Assembly: GCA_041690395.1 (NCBI GenBank)
Contig: JAWLHJ010000005.1
Coordinates: 448,001 to 512,000, forward strand
Direction: 5' to 3'
Length of the DNA stretch: 64,000 nucleotides
Origin: Longimicrobiales bacterium
GTDB taxonomy: Bacteria; Gemmatimonadota; Gemmatimonadetes; Longimicrobiales; Gaopeijiaceae
The number at the start of each line of letters is the position of its first letter. Position 1 is the stretch's first letter. The notes under the pieces were generated by a model, which saw only the letters and a program-made list of their open reading frames with translations, was not told the DNA's origin and searched no databases. Positions 54,852 to 64,000 of this stretch are shown here, piece after piece. A program made the position numbers and the translations under genes.

Positions 54852-57800
54852 CTACGAGGACCCGCTATCGGCCTCGAGCGCGGACCGCACCGAGTCCAGG
54901 AGCTGGTCCCTGGTGAAGGGCTTGCTCAGGTAGTCGGTGATGCCCGAGCGCTGCAGGAGCTCCTCCTGTTCCGATCGCTCCGAGTAGCCGGACATGATCA
55001 AGACGGGGACGGCGGGCAAACGCGCTCCGGCCAGGTCGGCCACGCCCTTCCCGTCTCCGTCGGGCAGGGAGAGATCGGTCAACACGAGATCGAACGGACC
55101 TTCCTGCTCCAGCGCCGTGGCGGCCTCTTCGACATCGCCGGCCACCACGACGTCGAATCCCGCCCGCTCGAGGACCCGACGGGTGACGGCCCGTACGCCC
55201 GGCTCGTCGTCGACCACCAGGATGGTGCTCGGCGCTTTCGGCGCATCGAGCGCTGCTGCAGTTACCGCTTCCGGAGCCCGCGGGTCGGCCGGCGCTTCGA
55301 TGTCTCCCCCTGGTGCGCGGGAGAGAGGGAACCGGAGGGAGAAGGTGCTCCCTTCGCCGAGCCGGGTCTCGACGTGGATGCCTCCGCCGCTCTGCTTCAT
55401 GAACCCGTAGGCCATGGCGAGCCCGAGGCCCGTGCCCTTCCCGGTCGGCTTGGTCGTGAAGAACGGGTCGAAGATCCGTGAGGTCGTCTCCTGGCTGATC
55501 CCGACGCCGGTGTCGGCGACGCGCAGCACCGCGTAACGCCCGGGCGTGAGACCGGGGAGCTCCGTGAGGTCCTCCGGGGCGAGCTCTTCGAGATTCGTCG
55601 AGAGGGTCAACGTGCCTCCGCCGGGCATGGCGTCCCGCGCGTTGAGCACCAGGTTGAGGACGACCTGTTGGAGCTGATCCGGGTCGACATGGACCGGCTC
55701 CACGTCTCTGTCCAGATCGTAACGCACGCGGATCCGCTCGCCTACGACTCGATCGGCCATGGGCGACACGTCCCGGACGACCTCGGCGAGTTTGACGGTA
55801 CGGGGTCGTAGCACCTGTTCTCGGCTGAACGCGAGGAGCTGACTCGTCAGGGTGGCCGCCCGGTCGGCCGCCGTTCGAATGACCTCGAGGTCGGTGGCGA
55901 TGGGCGCGTCCTCGTGCTCGAGCAGGAGGAGCTCCGCCTCCGAGCGGATGACCGTGAGGATGTTGTTGAAGTCGTGCGCGATCCCGCCCGCGAGGCGACC
56001 GACGGCCTCCATCTTCTGGACCTGGCGGAGCCGGCGCTCGAGGACGAGCCGCTCCGTGATGTCACGCGTCGTGACCACGATACCTCGGACGGCGGGGTGG
56101 TCTCGGAGGTTCCGGCCCACGGACTCGACGTCGCGGATCGTTCCGTCCTCGCGCACCAATCGGTACTCGGCCCGTCGGGTCTTCTCCGGTTGTGCCGTGA
56201 GCTCCTGCAGAAGACGCTGCACGCTGTCGACGTCTTCCGGGTGGATCAGGTCGAGGGCGTTGCGGCCGGTGAGGTCGTGCGCGGTGTACCCGGTCAGCCA
56301 CTGCACGGACGGGCTCGCGAACATGACGCGGCCGTCCGGCGCGATGACGATGACCACGTCGGTCATCTCCTCGCCGAGGACCCGGAAGCGCTCCTCGGCC
56401 ATGCGGCGGTCGGTCACGTCTTCGGCGACCCCGACGAGGCGCATGACCTTTCCGGCCTCGTTCCGGACCGGGAACGCGCGGTCGTGAATCCAACGGATCG
56501 AGCCGTCGGGACGGCGAATCCGGTAGTTCACGTCGTACGGGGCATCGGCCTGGCGCGCCGCGGCCTCCACGATGCGCGCACGGTCCTCGGCGAGGATGGC
56601 GTCCGTCCAGGTGGAAGGGTCGTCGTGGAGGCTCCCCACCGAGCGCCCCCAGATCTTCTCGTAGGCAGGGCTCACGTATTCCAGGCGCGTCTTGTCGGGG
56701 GAGGAGACCCAGAAAACGTCGTTGATGTGCTCCGCGAGCTGCCGGAAGCGCTCCTCGCTCTCGCGCAGCGCCGCCTCCGCCGCTTCGCGCCGGGTCACGT
56801 CACGCACGACGGTGACGATGCCACCGTCGAGACCCCGCTGTGGGTCGAGCAACGAGACGGTCTGCTCTGCCTGGAAGATCGTGCCGTCCACGCGGCGGAG
56901 CGTGAAGGTGGCCGAGAAGGAGGCGCCCGTCTCGAGCTGCTCCGCGGCCAGGCGGCCGAACCGCTCGAACGACTCCCGTGACGGATGGAGCGCTTCGGGG
57001 ACAAGGCCGATGAACTCGTTCCAGGAGAGGCCGAACATGCGCTCCGCGGCCGGGTTCACGTAGCGCACGCGCCGGACATCGCTCGGCGAGTCCAGGATCA
57101 CGACCGCCTCCTCCAGGCTCGCGAACGTTTGCGAGAGCATGTGGGTGGCCCGCTCGCGGGCGACGGTCTCCCCGATGGTTCGGGCGAGGTTGGATACGAG
57201 CTCACGCTCCTCGGGGAGGAAGGCATCGGACGCGCCCTCGGGCGGGTCTCCGCGGAGCACGACCTCGAGACGTCCTTCACCCTCGATATCGCCAGCCCGC
57301 ACCACCGCGGCCAGCTCGTGTCCGCCGGAGTTGCCGCCGAATCCCTCCGTCTCGACGAAGCGCTCTCCGAGCATGAGTCTCGCTTCGGTGATCTCGGGCC
57401 AGCGGAACCCGCTGGGTATCGCGTCGACGACTCTGCGTAGTCGCTCACCGAGCGTGACGTCCCGCCGGTTCATCTGGTGCCCGACCGCGTTCAGCGTCCG
57501 CAACTCCTTCACGCGCTCGCGGAGTGCGTCCTCCATGCGGATCCGCTCGCTGATGTCGGAAGTGATGCCGACTGAGCCGATGATGGTCCCGTCCTCGGCC
57601 CGGATCGGCGCGTTCGTGACGAGCGCGGGGAATGTGGAGCCGTCCCTCCGCCGCAGCTCGATCTCGCCGCTCCATCCCTGGCCCCGACTCAGGCCGGTCA
57701 TGAGCCCCTGGGCGTCGGTGCGGGTCCTGCCGGACGGCGTGATCTCGACGATGTCACGCCCGATCACCTCGTCCCGGGTCCAACCGAAGATCTCCTCGGC

Positions 57801-58298
57801 GGCCCGGTTCCAGTAGGTGACGCGCCTATCGAGGTCGGTGGCGATCACGGCCTGGCCCACGGCGTCGAGGAGGCTCGCCTGGAACCGGATCTTCCTCGCG
57901 TCATCGGCGCGCCGGGCGCGCTGGACCGCGTGGTGGATGGCGCGCTCGAGGAGGGAGGCCGTGAGGTCCCGCTTCGTCAGATAATCCGCCGCCCCGGAGC
58001 GCATCGCTTCCATGTCGAGCTCGATGGTGCCCTGGCCGGTCATCAAAATCAGGGGGGTCCCGAACGCCTGGACGGCCCGGTCGTTGAGGAAGTCCATCCC
58101 CGAGCGGGCCCCCAGCTGGTAGTCGACGAGGCACACGTCGAACGCGACCGCCTCGAGCTGCTCCAGTGCCTCCTCGTACGTTTCGGCCCGGGTTATGGAG
58201 AAGCCGGCGAAGGTGGCTTCGGAAAGCAGATCCGCGACGAGATCTGCGTCGTCCGCGTCGTCGTCGACGACCAGGACTCGAATGAGCTCTTGCGTCAC
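54852..58298 (-). CDS. Hybrid sensor histidine kinase (REC-multi-PAS-HisKA-HATPase-REC)
   Basis: N-terminal REC; about four PAS/PAC repeats (DISER, DVTRR, DVTDR, DITER); H-box [34 protein letters not shown]-terminal REC. Confidence 0.93.
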   Translation of the reverse strand: MTQELIRVLVVDDDADDADLVADLLSEATFAGFSITRAETYEEALEQLEAVAFDVCLVDYQLGARSGMDFLNDRAVQAFGTPLILMTGQGTIELDMEAMRSGAADYLTKRDLTASLLERAIHHAVQRARRADDARKIRFQASLLDAVGQAVIATDLDRRVTYWNRAAEEIFGWTRDEVIGRDIVEITPSGRTRTDAQGLMTGLSRGQGWSGEIELRRRDGSTFPALVTNAPIRAEDGTIIGSVGITSDISERIRMEDALRERVKELRTLNAVGHQMNRRDVTLGERLRRVVDAIPSGFRWPEITEARLMLGERFVETEGFGGNSGGHELAAVVRAGDIEGEGRLEVVLRGDPPEGASDAFLPEERELVSNLARTIGETVARERATHMLSQTFASLEEAVVILDSPSDVRRVRYVNPAAERMFGLSWNEFIGLVPEALHPSRESFERFGRLAAEQLETGASFSATFTLRRVDGTIFQAEQTVSLLDPQRGLDGGIVTVVRDVTRREAAEAALRESEERFRQLAEHINDVFWVSSPDKTRLEYVSPAYEKIWGRSVGSLHDDPSTWTDAILAEDRARIVEAAARQADAPYDVNYRIRRPDGSIRWIHDRAFPVRNEAGKVMRLVGVAEDVTDRRMAEERFRVLGEEMTDVVIVIAPDGRVMFASPSVQWLTGYTAHDLTGRNALDLIHPEDVDSVQRLLQELTAQPEKTRRAEYRLVREDGTIRDVESVGRNLRDHPAVRGIVVTTRDITERLVLERRLRQVQKMEAVGRLAGGIAHDFNNILTVIRSEAELLLLEHEDAPIATDLEVIRTAADRAATLTSQLLAFSREQVLRPRTVKLAEVVRDVSPMADRVVGERIRVRYDLDRDVEPVHVDPDQLQQVVLNLVLNARDAMPGGGTLTLSTNLEELAPEDLTELPGLTPGRYAVLRVADTGVGISQETTSRIFDPFFTTKPTGKGTGLGLAMAYGFMKQSGGGIHVETRLGEGSTFSLRFPLSRAPGGDIEAPADPRAPEAVTAAALDAPKAPSTILVVDDEPGVRAVTRRVLERAGFDVVVAGDVEEAATALEQEGPFDLVLTDLSLPDGDGKGVADLAGARLPAVPVLIMSGYSERSEQEELLQRSGITDYLSKPFTRDQLLDSVRSALEADSGSS

Positions 58299-58301
58299 CG
58301 G

Positions 58302-58483
58302 CTACTCGGAAGTGGCGTCGCGCGGAAGCTCGAAGACCTCGAGCCAGTACCGGCCCATGGCCCGCACGGCATCGACGAGCCCTTCGAACGTGACGGGCTG
58401 GCGCACGTACGAGTTCGCGCCTGCGTCGTAGCTCCTGGCGATGTCCTCGTCAGAATGACGATGGGCTTCGGCGATGGGGTCAT
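58302..58483 (-). pseudogene. Internally deleted, frameshifted single-domain response regulator
   Basis: ATG at 58483 gives [11 protein letters not shown]; another frame then gives DEDIARSYDAGANSYVRQPVTFEGLVDAVRAMGRYWLEVFELP; the REC core with the phospho-Asp is missing. Confidence 0.8.
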
Positions 58484-58775
58484 GCGGGCTTCCCTGGACT
58501 GTGTGGGAGCGCGAGGGTGAAGCGGCTCCCCTCGCCCGGTACTCCCTCGGCCGTGATCCATCCATTGTGATGCTCGGCGATTCTCCGACACTGCGCCAGC
58601 CCCAACCGCTAGCGGTTCCACCGAGATCTGCGCTCCGGTAGTTGCCATGATACCTGCCGGTGACCTGGCGAAAGAGAAGGGGCCACGTGCGAAACGACCG
58701 CGGATACCCTATGCTACATGAGCCGACGACGTGACCGCGTCAAGCCTGCGGCTGACCGATCCGGAGTCACGCACC

Positions 58776-59243
58776 ATGCCACCGACAAGTCGTTCGACCG
58801 GGCTCGTCCTCGCCTTGGCGGCCGTCCTGGCCTTCGCCGGCACGCTGGGCTTCGTGACCGTGCATTACGCTCAGGGAACGGCCTACCTGTCGGACGACCC
58901 CACGGCCTGTACGCAGTGCCACGTCATGCAGGATCAGTTCGACTCCTGGGTTAAGGGATCGCACCACGGCGTCGCCACGTGCAACGGCTGTCACGTTCCG
59001 AAGGGTCCCGTCATGAAGTGGGTGTCGAAGGCCGACAACGGATTCTTCCACTCGTGGGCCTTCACCTTCCGGAACCATCCGGACCCGATCCGGATCAAGC
59101 CCAGGAACAGGCGCATCGCCGAAGCGAATTGCGTTCGCTGCCATGCCGACCTGACCCACGCGCTCGTCTCGGACGCCCCCGCCGGAGAGGGCGTCTCCTG
59201 CCTCCAATGCCACAAGGACGCCGGTCATGCCGCATTCCGATGA
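58776..59243 (+). CDS. nrfH: Cytochrome c nitrite reductase small subunit (tetraheme, membrane anchored)
   Basis: TM helix, YLSDDP, four CxxCH motifs (CTQCH, CNGCH, CVRCH, CLQCH), KADNGFFHSWAFT. Confidence 0.93.
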   Translation: MPPTSRSTGLVLALAAVLAFAGTLGFVTVHYAQGTAYLSDDPTACTQCHVMQDQFDSWVKGSHHGVATCNGCHVPKGPVMKWVSKADNGFFHSWAFTFRNHPDPIRIKPRNRRIAEANCVRCHADLTHALVSDAPAGEGVSCLQCHKDAGHAAFR

Positions 59244-60729
59244 GCCCTCGACGACCTCCTCCCGTGGGGCGGTGTCCGTCCCGATCGTGCTCGCGCTCGT
59301 CGGGGGAGCGGTGGTGGCGCTCCTGGTCGCCGCGCTCCTCGTCACCATCGGGGAGCGACGGGGGGAGACGCTTCAGCCCTACGATCTGATCGTCGCGGTC
59401 GACGAGGACGTTACGGACCCCGAGGTCTGGGGCATCAACTTCCCGAGCCAGTACGAGAGCTATCTGCGCACGACGGACTGGGAGCGGACCCGGCACGGCG
59501 GGAGCGACGCGATTCCCCGGCAGAAGCTGAACGAGGATCCCTGGCTGCGGGCGATGTGGTCCGGGTATGCGTTCAGCATCGACTACCGGGAGTCGCGCGG
59601 GCACGCCTTCACCCTCCACGATCAGGATCACACGCAGCGTGTCCTCCAGCGATCCCAGCCGGGGGCCTGCCTGCATTGCCACGCCTCGGTCGGTCCGCTG
59701 TACCGGTACCTCGGCGACGGCGACGAGATGGCGGGCTTCGTCGAAGCCAGCGGCATGAGCTGGGAGGAGGCGCGCTTCATGACCGACGACGACGGTCGCC
59801 CGCTCGTGGAGCACCCGGTGAGCTGCGTCGACTGTCACACGCCGGGGACCATGCGGCTGCGTGTCACCCGGCCGGGCTTCATCAACGGGATCCGGGAGCT
59901 CAAGGCCTCCCAGGGCATCGAGGACTTCGACCCGAACCGCGACGCCACGCGGCAGGAGATGCGCACCTTCGTGTGCGGGCAGTGCCACGTCGAGTACTAC
60001 TTCGATCCGGACAACAACAAGGCCGTCACCTACCCGTGGTCAGAAGGGCTGCGGGCGCACGAGATCGAGGCGTACTACGACGAGATCGGCTTCAGCGACT
60101 GGACCCACGGCACCACGGGCGGCGGGATGCTCAAGGCCCAGCACCCCGAGTTCGAGATGTGGAACCAGGGGGTCCACGCGTCGGCCGGCGTGACGTGCGC
60201 CGACTGTCACATGTCTTACGAGCGCGAGGGTGCGCGTAAGGTATCGAACCACCATGTGCGCAGTCCGCTCCTCAACGTGAATCCGGCGTGCCAGACGTGC
60301 CACACGGCCGCCGAGGACGAGCTCCTGGCCCGCGTCGAGCGGATCCAGACCCGGACCGACGACCTGATCGACCGGGCCGCGGAAGCGCTCGTCGATCTCA
60401 TTACGGTGATCGCCGCCGCCCGCGAGATCGGCGCCGCCGACGAAGATCTGGCGGAGGCCCTCCAGCTGCAGCGGCGGGCCCAGTGGCGTCTCGACTTCAT
60501 CTACTCCGAGGGGTCGCGCGGATTCCACGCGCCGCAGGAGGCGGCCAAGGTCCTGGCGGAGTCCATCGACTACGCTCGGCAGGGGGAGCGCGTGGTCGCC
60601 GAGCGCTGGGGGGCTGGACTGGACAGGGGATCCGTGGACATCATGCCGGTCGACGGAGTGACGCCGGACTCGCTCGCGCCCGGAAGGGAGGGGCCGACGG
60701 TGCCGGGTTCCTCCCCGGATCCACGCTGA
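59227..60729 (+). CDS. nrfA: Ammonia-forming cytochrome c nitrite reductase (pentaheme, heme 1 CxxCH variant)
   Basis: GYAFSIDYRESRGH; CLHCH, CVDCH, CGQCHVEYY, CADCH, CQTCH; LKAQHPEFE; GFHAPQE. Confidence 0.95.
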   Translation: MPHSDEPSTTSSRGAVSVPIVLALVGGAVVALLVAALLVTIGERRGETLQPYDLIVAVDEDVTDPEVWGINFPSQYESYLRTTDWERTRHGGSDAIPRQKLNEDPWLRAMWSGYAFSIDYRESRGHAFTLHDQDHTQRVLQRSQPGACLHCHASVGPLYRYLGDGDEMAGFVEASGMSWEEARFMTDDDGRPLVEHPVSCVDCHTPGTMRLRVTRPGFINGIRELKASQGIEDFDPNRDATRQEMRTFVCGQCHVEYYFDPDNNKAVTYPWSEGLRAHEIEAYYDEIGFSDWTHGTTGGGMLKAQHPEFEMWNQGVHASAGVTCADCHMSYEREGARKVSNHHVRSPLLNVNPACQTCHTAAEDELLARVERIQTRTDDLIDRAAEALVDLITVIAAAREIGAADEDLAEALQLQRRAQWRLDFIYSEGSRGFHAPQEAAKVLAESIDYARQGERVVAERWGAGLDRGSVDIMPVDGVTPDSLAPGREGPTVPGSSPDPR

Positions 60730-60787
60730 GACGTCCCGCCGGGGCGCCTCGCCGCACCGACCCCACGCGCTTCCACGGAGCCAGCCG

Positions 60788-61360
60788 GTGACCCTCTACG
60801 CGACCCTGATCACCCTGCTGGCCGGAGCCTCGCTGGTGGCGCTCGCGCTGGCCGTCGCGCTCGCCGTGGCGCTGGCCGTGCCGGGTGCGCGCTCCTCCCT
60901 GGTGGAAGGTTTCGTCGGGCGTGCGGCGCACCCCATCGGGTGGGCCTGGGGCGTAGCGCTGGTCGCCAGCGTCGGCAGCCTGTATCTGTCGGAGGTCGTG
61001 GGGTTCGTGCCCTGCCTGTTCTGCTGGTACCAGCGCATCGCCATGTATCCCCTGGTGTTGGTGCTGGGTGTGGGGATGCTCCGCGGGGACGCGGCCGTGT
61101 GGCGCTACGCGCTACCCCTTCCCGTGGTCGGGGCGCTGATCGCCGCGTACCACGTGACGATCCAGCTGCAGCCCAGCATGGACGTCGGCGTGTGCAGCGC
61201 GGGAGTCTCGTGCTCGGCCCGCTACCTGGCGGTGTTCGGCTTCGTGTCGATTCCCGTGATGGCGGGGGCGGGATTCCTGCTGGTGGGTGTGCTGATGGCG
61301 TGGGTGCGCTCGATCGAGCGCGCGGAAACGTGGTCTGACGAGGAGGAGGCGGGACGATGA
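60788..61360 (+). CDS. Disulfide bond formation protein, DsbB/BdbC family
   Basis: GSLYLSE....PCLFCWYQRIAMYPL; second Cys pair CSAGVSCS; FGFVSIPVMA. Confidence 0.9.
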   Translation: MTLYATLITLLAGASLVALALAVALAVALAVPGARSSLVEGFVGRAAHPIGWAWGVALVASVGSLYLSEVVGFVPCLFCWYQRIAMYPLVLVLGVGMLRGDAAVWRYALPLPVVGALIAAYHVTIQLQPSMDVGVCSAGVSCSARYLAVFGFVSIPVMAGAGFLLVGVLMAWVRSIERAETWSDEEEAGR

Positions 61361-62964
61361 GGAGCCTGACGATGGGGGCCCGGCGGCGCGCCGGCGCCGC
61401 ATGGCTGGTCGTGGTCGTGGCCGGCGCCTGCGGGGGAGGGGATCCCGACCGAGAGGAGGTGCTCGAGGCGCTCCAGACGCGCCCCGAGGCGACCGACTTC
61501 GTCGAGACGAGTCGCTACGCCGACGTGATGGACTTCCTGGAGACGGTCGTGCCCCTCGACGACCGCATGCACCTCACGACCTTCGGGTACACTACCGAAG
61601 GGCGTGCCCTCCCCATGGTGGTCGTCGGCGCGCCGGACGAATCGCCGGACGCGGTGCGTTCGACGGGTAAGCTGCGGGTCTACCTGCAGGGCGGAATCCA
61701 CTCGGGCGAGGTCCCCGGAAAGGAGTCGCTGCAGATGCTCCTCCGGGAGATCGCCCGGGGCCGGCACGACGCGCTGCTCGACGAGATGGTGCTCCTGATC
61801 GCGCCGATCTACAACGTGGACGGAAGCGAGCGGGTGGCGCTCGACAACCGCCCGCTCCAGCACGGACCCATCGGCGGCATGGGACAGCGCCCGAACGCGA
61901 TGGGGCTCGACCTCAACCGCGATCACATGAAGCTCGACGCCCCCGAGTCCAGGGGGCTGACGCGCATGCTGACGGCATATGATCCGCACGTCGGGGTGGA
62001 CCTGCACACGACGAACGGAACGCGGCACGGGTATCACCTGACCTACAGCCCGCCGCTGCATCCGGACACGCCGGAGTCGATCGACGCGCTGCTGCGCGAC
62101 CGCTGGCTCCCCGAGACCACCGAACGGATGCTCCAGCGCACCGGTTGGCACACATACTACTACGGCAACGTCTTCGCGCCGGGTCCGGACGAGGAGCCGG
62201 GGTGGGCCACCTTCGACGCTCGTCCCCGCTTCGGCACCAACTATCTCGGGCTCCGGAACCGCATCGGCATCCTGAGCGAGGCATACTCCTATCTGACGCT
62301 CCGGGACCGGATCGAGGCGACGCGGATCTTCGTCGAGGAGGTCCTCGGCTTCGCCCAACGGAACGCCGACGCCATCGAGGAGGCGGTCGCCGCGGCCGGC
62401 GCGCTGCCCATCGTCGGCCAGGAAGTGGGCGTCCGCTCGGAGATCGAACGTTCGGCCGAGCCCGTCGACATCCTGATGGGCGCCGTGGACACCGTCTATC
62501 ATCCCTACGCGGGCGAGCCGATGCTCCTGAGGCGGGAAGAGACCCGGACCGTCGAAATGTACGAATGGGGCACCTTCGCCGCGGTCCACTCGGTCGTCGC
62601 CCCCGAGGCGTATTACCTGCCTCCGGAGCTCGCCGACGTGGTGGAGCGCCTGCGAGCCCACGGCGTGGTCGTGGAGGACGTCGAGGGCGCCAACTTCGTC
62701 GGCGGAGAGGCGTTCGGCGTCAGGTCAGCGACGTCGGCCGAGCGGCCGTTCCAGGGACGGGTGGAGCGCACGCTGGGAGGCGCCTGGCGGCCGGAGACCG
62801 TGGCCATGCCCGAGGGCACGGTCCGCGTGCCGGTCGACCAGCCGCTCGGCCGGCTGGTCGTCCATCTGCTCGAGCCGGAGGCGGAGGACGGGTTCGCCAA
62901 TTGGGGGCTGCTCGACGCCTGGATTGCGGTCGGTGAGGACTATCCGATCGTGCGGGGGCCGTAG
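61357..62964 (+). CDS. M14 family zinc carboxypeptidase (lipoprotein)
   Basis: Lipobox AGAC; GGIHSGE, NVDG, DLNRD, VDLHTTNG, ILSEAYSY; ATGA overlap with the DsbB gene. Confidence 0.9.
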   Translation: MRSLTMGARRRAGAAWLVVVVAGACGGGDPDREEVLEALQTRPEATDFVETSRYADVMDFLETVVPLDDRMHLTTFGYTTEGRALPMVVVGAPDESPDAVRSTGKLRVYLQGGIHSGEVPGKESLQMLLREIARGRHDALLDEMVLLIAPIYNVDGSERVALDNRPLQHGPIGGMGQRPNAMGLDLNRDHMKLDAPESRGLTRMLTAYDPHVGVDLHTTNGTRHGYHLTYSPPLHPDTPESIDALLRDRWLPETTERMLQRTGWHTYYYGNVFAPGPDEEPGWATFDARPRFGTNYLGLRNRIGILSEAYSYLTLRDRIEATRIFVEEVLGFAQRNADAIEEAVAAAGALPIVGQEVGVRSEIERSAEPVDILMGAVDTVYHPYAGEPMLLRREETRTVEMYEWGTFAAVHSVVAPEAYYLPPELADVVERLRAHGVVVEDVEGANFVGGEAFGVRSATSAERPFQGRVERTLGGAWRPETVAMPEGTVRVPVDQPLGRLVVHLLEPEAEDGFANWGLLDAWIAVGEDYPIVRGP

Positions 62965-63008
62965 GGGTAGCGCCGCGTCCGGGCGGGCCGCCCCGGCGGC
63001 ATCGTGGC

Positions 63009-63047
63009 CCGTGGAGGGGGGCGCGCCCGGCGCGCCCCCCTCCACGG
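63009..63047. terminator. Perfect 19-bp inverted repeat between convergent genes
   Basis: ccgtggaggggggcgcgcc-c-ggcgcgcccccctccacgg. Confidence 0.7.
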
Positions 63048-63059
63048 CGCGGGCGGACC

Positions 63060-64000
63060 TCAGGCGTCCAGCGTGCGCTCCGGCGCGGGGTCGCGGAGGT
63101 TGTAGCGCGACGACATGACGTGCCCGTAGGCGCCGGCATTGGCGATGAGGAGCACGTCGCCCGCTTCGGTCGGGGGCAGCAGCCGGTCGAGCCCCAGCAC
63201 GTCGCCGGTCTCGCAGATCGGCCCGACGACGTTCACCCGCTGGGTCGCGTCCTCCCCGATCCGTGACAGGTTCACGATCTCGTGGTACGCGCCGTAGAGC
63301 GCCGGTCGGATGAGCGAGTTCATGCCGGTCGCGATGCCCACGTAGCGCACGGCGCCCTTGCCCTTGGTCTGGTTCACGCGGGCCACCAGCACGCCCGCTT
63401 CGGCGACCACGTAGCGACCCGGCTCGATCCAGATCTCGACACCGGGAAGCGCGCCCCTCACCTCGACCAGCCCCTCGGCCAGCGCCGAGAGGTCGAGCGG
63501 GTTCTGCGCCAGCTTCTCCGGCACGCCGAGCCCGCCGCCCACGTCGATCACTCCGACATCGGGGAAGCGCTCACGGACTTCGCCAAGGGTGGCGGCCAGC
63601 TCGGACCAGTGGTCGGGGGTCAGGATCCCGCTCCCCGAGTGCGCGTGCAGCCCCACGACACGGCCCCCGGCTTCGTCCGTCAGGCGCGCCAGCTCGTCGA
63701 GCTCGAAGAGCGGCACGCCGAACTTCGCGTGGGTGCCCGCGGTCCGGACCTTTTCGTGATGTCCCTTGCCGACGCCGGGATCCACGCGCACGAAGATCTC
63801 ACGTCCTTCGAAGAGCTCCGGCCACAGGCGGAGAGGCTCGACGGAGTCCAGGGTGGTGCGCACGCCCGCCTCGAGCGCGTCACGGTACTCCTCGCGGGGC
63901 GCGAAGTTGGGCGTGAAGAGGATCTCCGAAGGATCGAGGTCCGGGAAGCGCTCCAGCACCCGGGCGATCTCACCGGGCGACACGCACTCGAAGCCGACGC
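63060..64000 (-). CDS. lysA: Diaminopimelate decarboxylase C-terminal part (5' end outside window; resembles the LysA domain of bifunctional aspartokinase-LysA proteins)
   Basis: FECVSPGE, FTPNFAP, GHHEKVRTAG..AKFG, GLHAHSGSG, DVGGG, EPGRY, GPICETGD, AGAYG..MSSRYN. Confidence 0.9.
   Translation of the reverse strand, partial: VGFECVSPGEIARVLERFPDLDPSEILFTPNFAPREEYRDALEAGVRTTLDSVEPLRLWPELFEGREIFVRVDPGVGKGHHEKVRTAGTHAKFGVPLFELDELARLTDEAGGRVVGLHAHSGSGILTPDHWSELAATLGEVRERFPDVGVIDVGGGLGVPEKLAQNPLDLSALAEGLVEVRGALPGVEIWIEPGRYVVAEAGVLVARVNQTKGKGAVRYVGIATGMNSLIRPALYGAYHEIVNLSRIGEDATQRVNVVGPICETGDVLGLDRLLPPTEAGDVLLIANAGAYGHVMSSRYNLRDPAPERTLDA

Noticed and set aside
58731..58743. FNR box upstream of nrfH
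   Set aside because: gtgaccgcgtcaa is one base short of TTGAT-N4-ATCAA and mismatched.
1..64000. tRNA, rRNA, riboswitch, prophage or IS genes
   Set aside because: None recognised by eye; a covariance-model search would be needed to exclude small RNAs.

Overview
A very GC-rich bacterial chromosomal segment. The gene repertoire suggests Gemmatimonadota (Longimicrobiales-like) or a similar Acidobacteriota-type organism; this is inference only. Recognisable metabolism: a hutH-hutU-hutG-hutI histidine-utilisation operon at the left edge, an nrfH-nrfA nitrite-ammonification pair with a DsbB-family gene, a partial lysA at the right edge, many secreted peptidases/hydrolases (M14, an M16 pair, two M23, M28, an Ntn asparaginase), a BlaI/BlaR1-TonB pair, an ABC-F protein and a hybrid PAS kinase. 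The dominant feature is seven PadR + duplicated FtsX/MacB-type ('ADOP') permease cassettes with no transporter ATPase in the window. The PadR subtype co-varies with the permease N-terminal 'prefix' peptide in four classes. Each cassette has its own upstream palindrome, and most permeases carry a second Shine-Dalgarno + ATG right after the prefix. This suggests a family of orthogonal membrane-sensor/repressor pairs producing long and short permease isoforms. Non-coding highlights: two diverged copies of a ~170-bp element with palindromic ends, a 19-bp-period mini-array plus a multi-stem region after a small HNH nuclease, and an internally deleted response-regulator pseudogene. No rRNA, tRNA, CRISPR-Cas, transposase or integrase was recognised. 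All calls are by eye; no searches were run.
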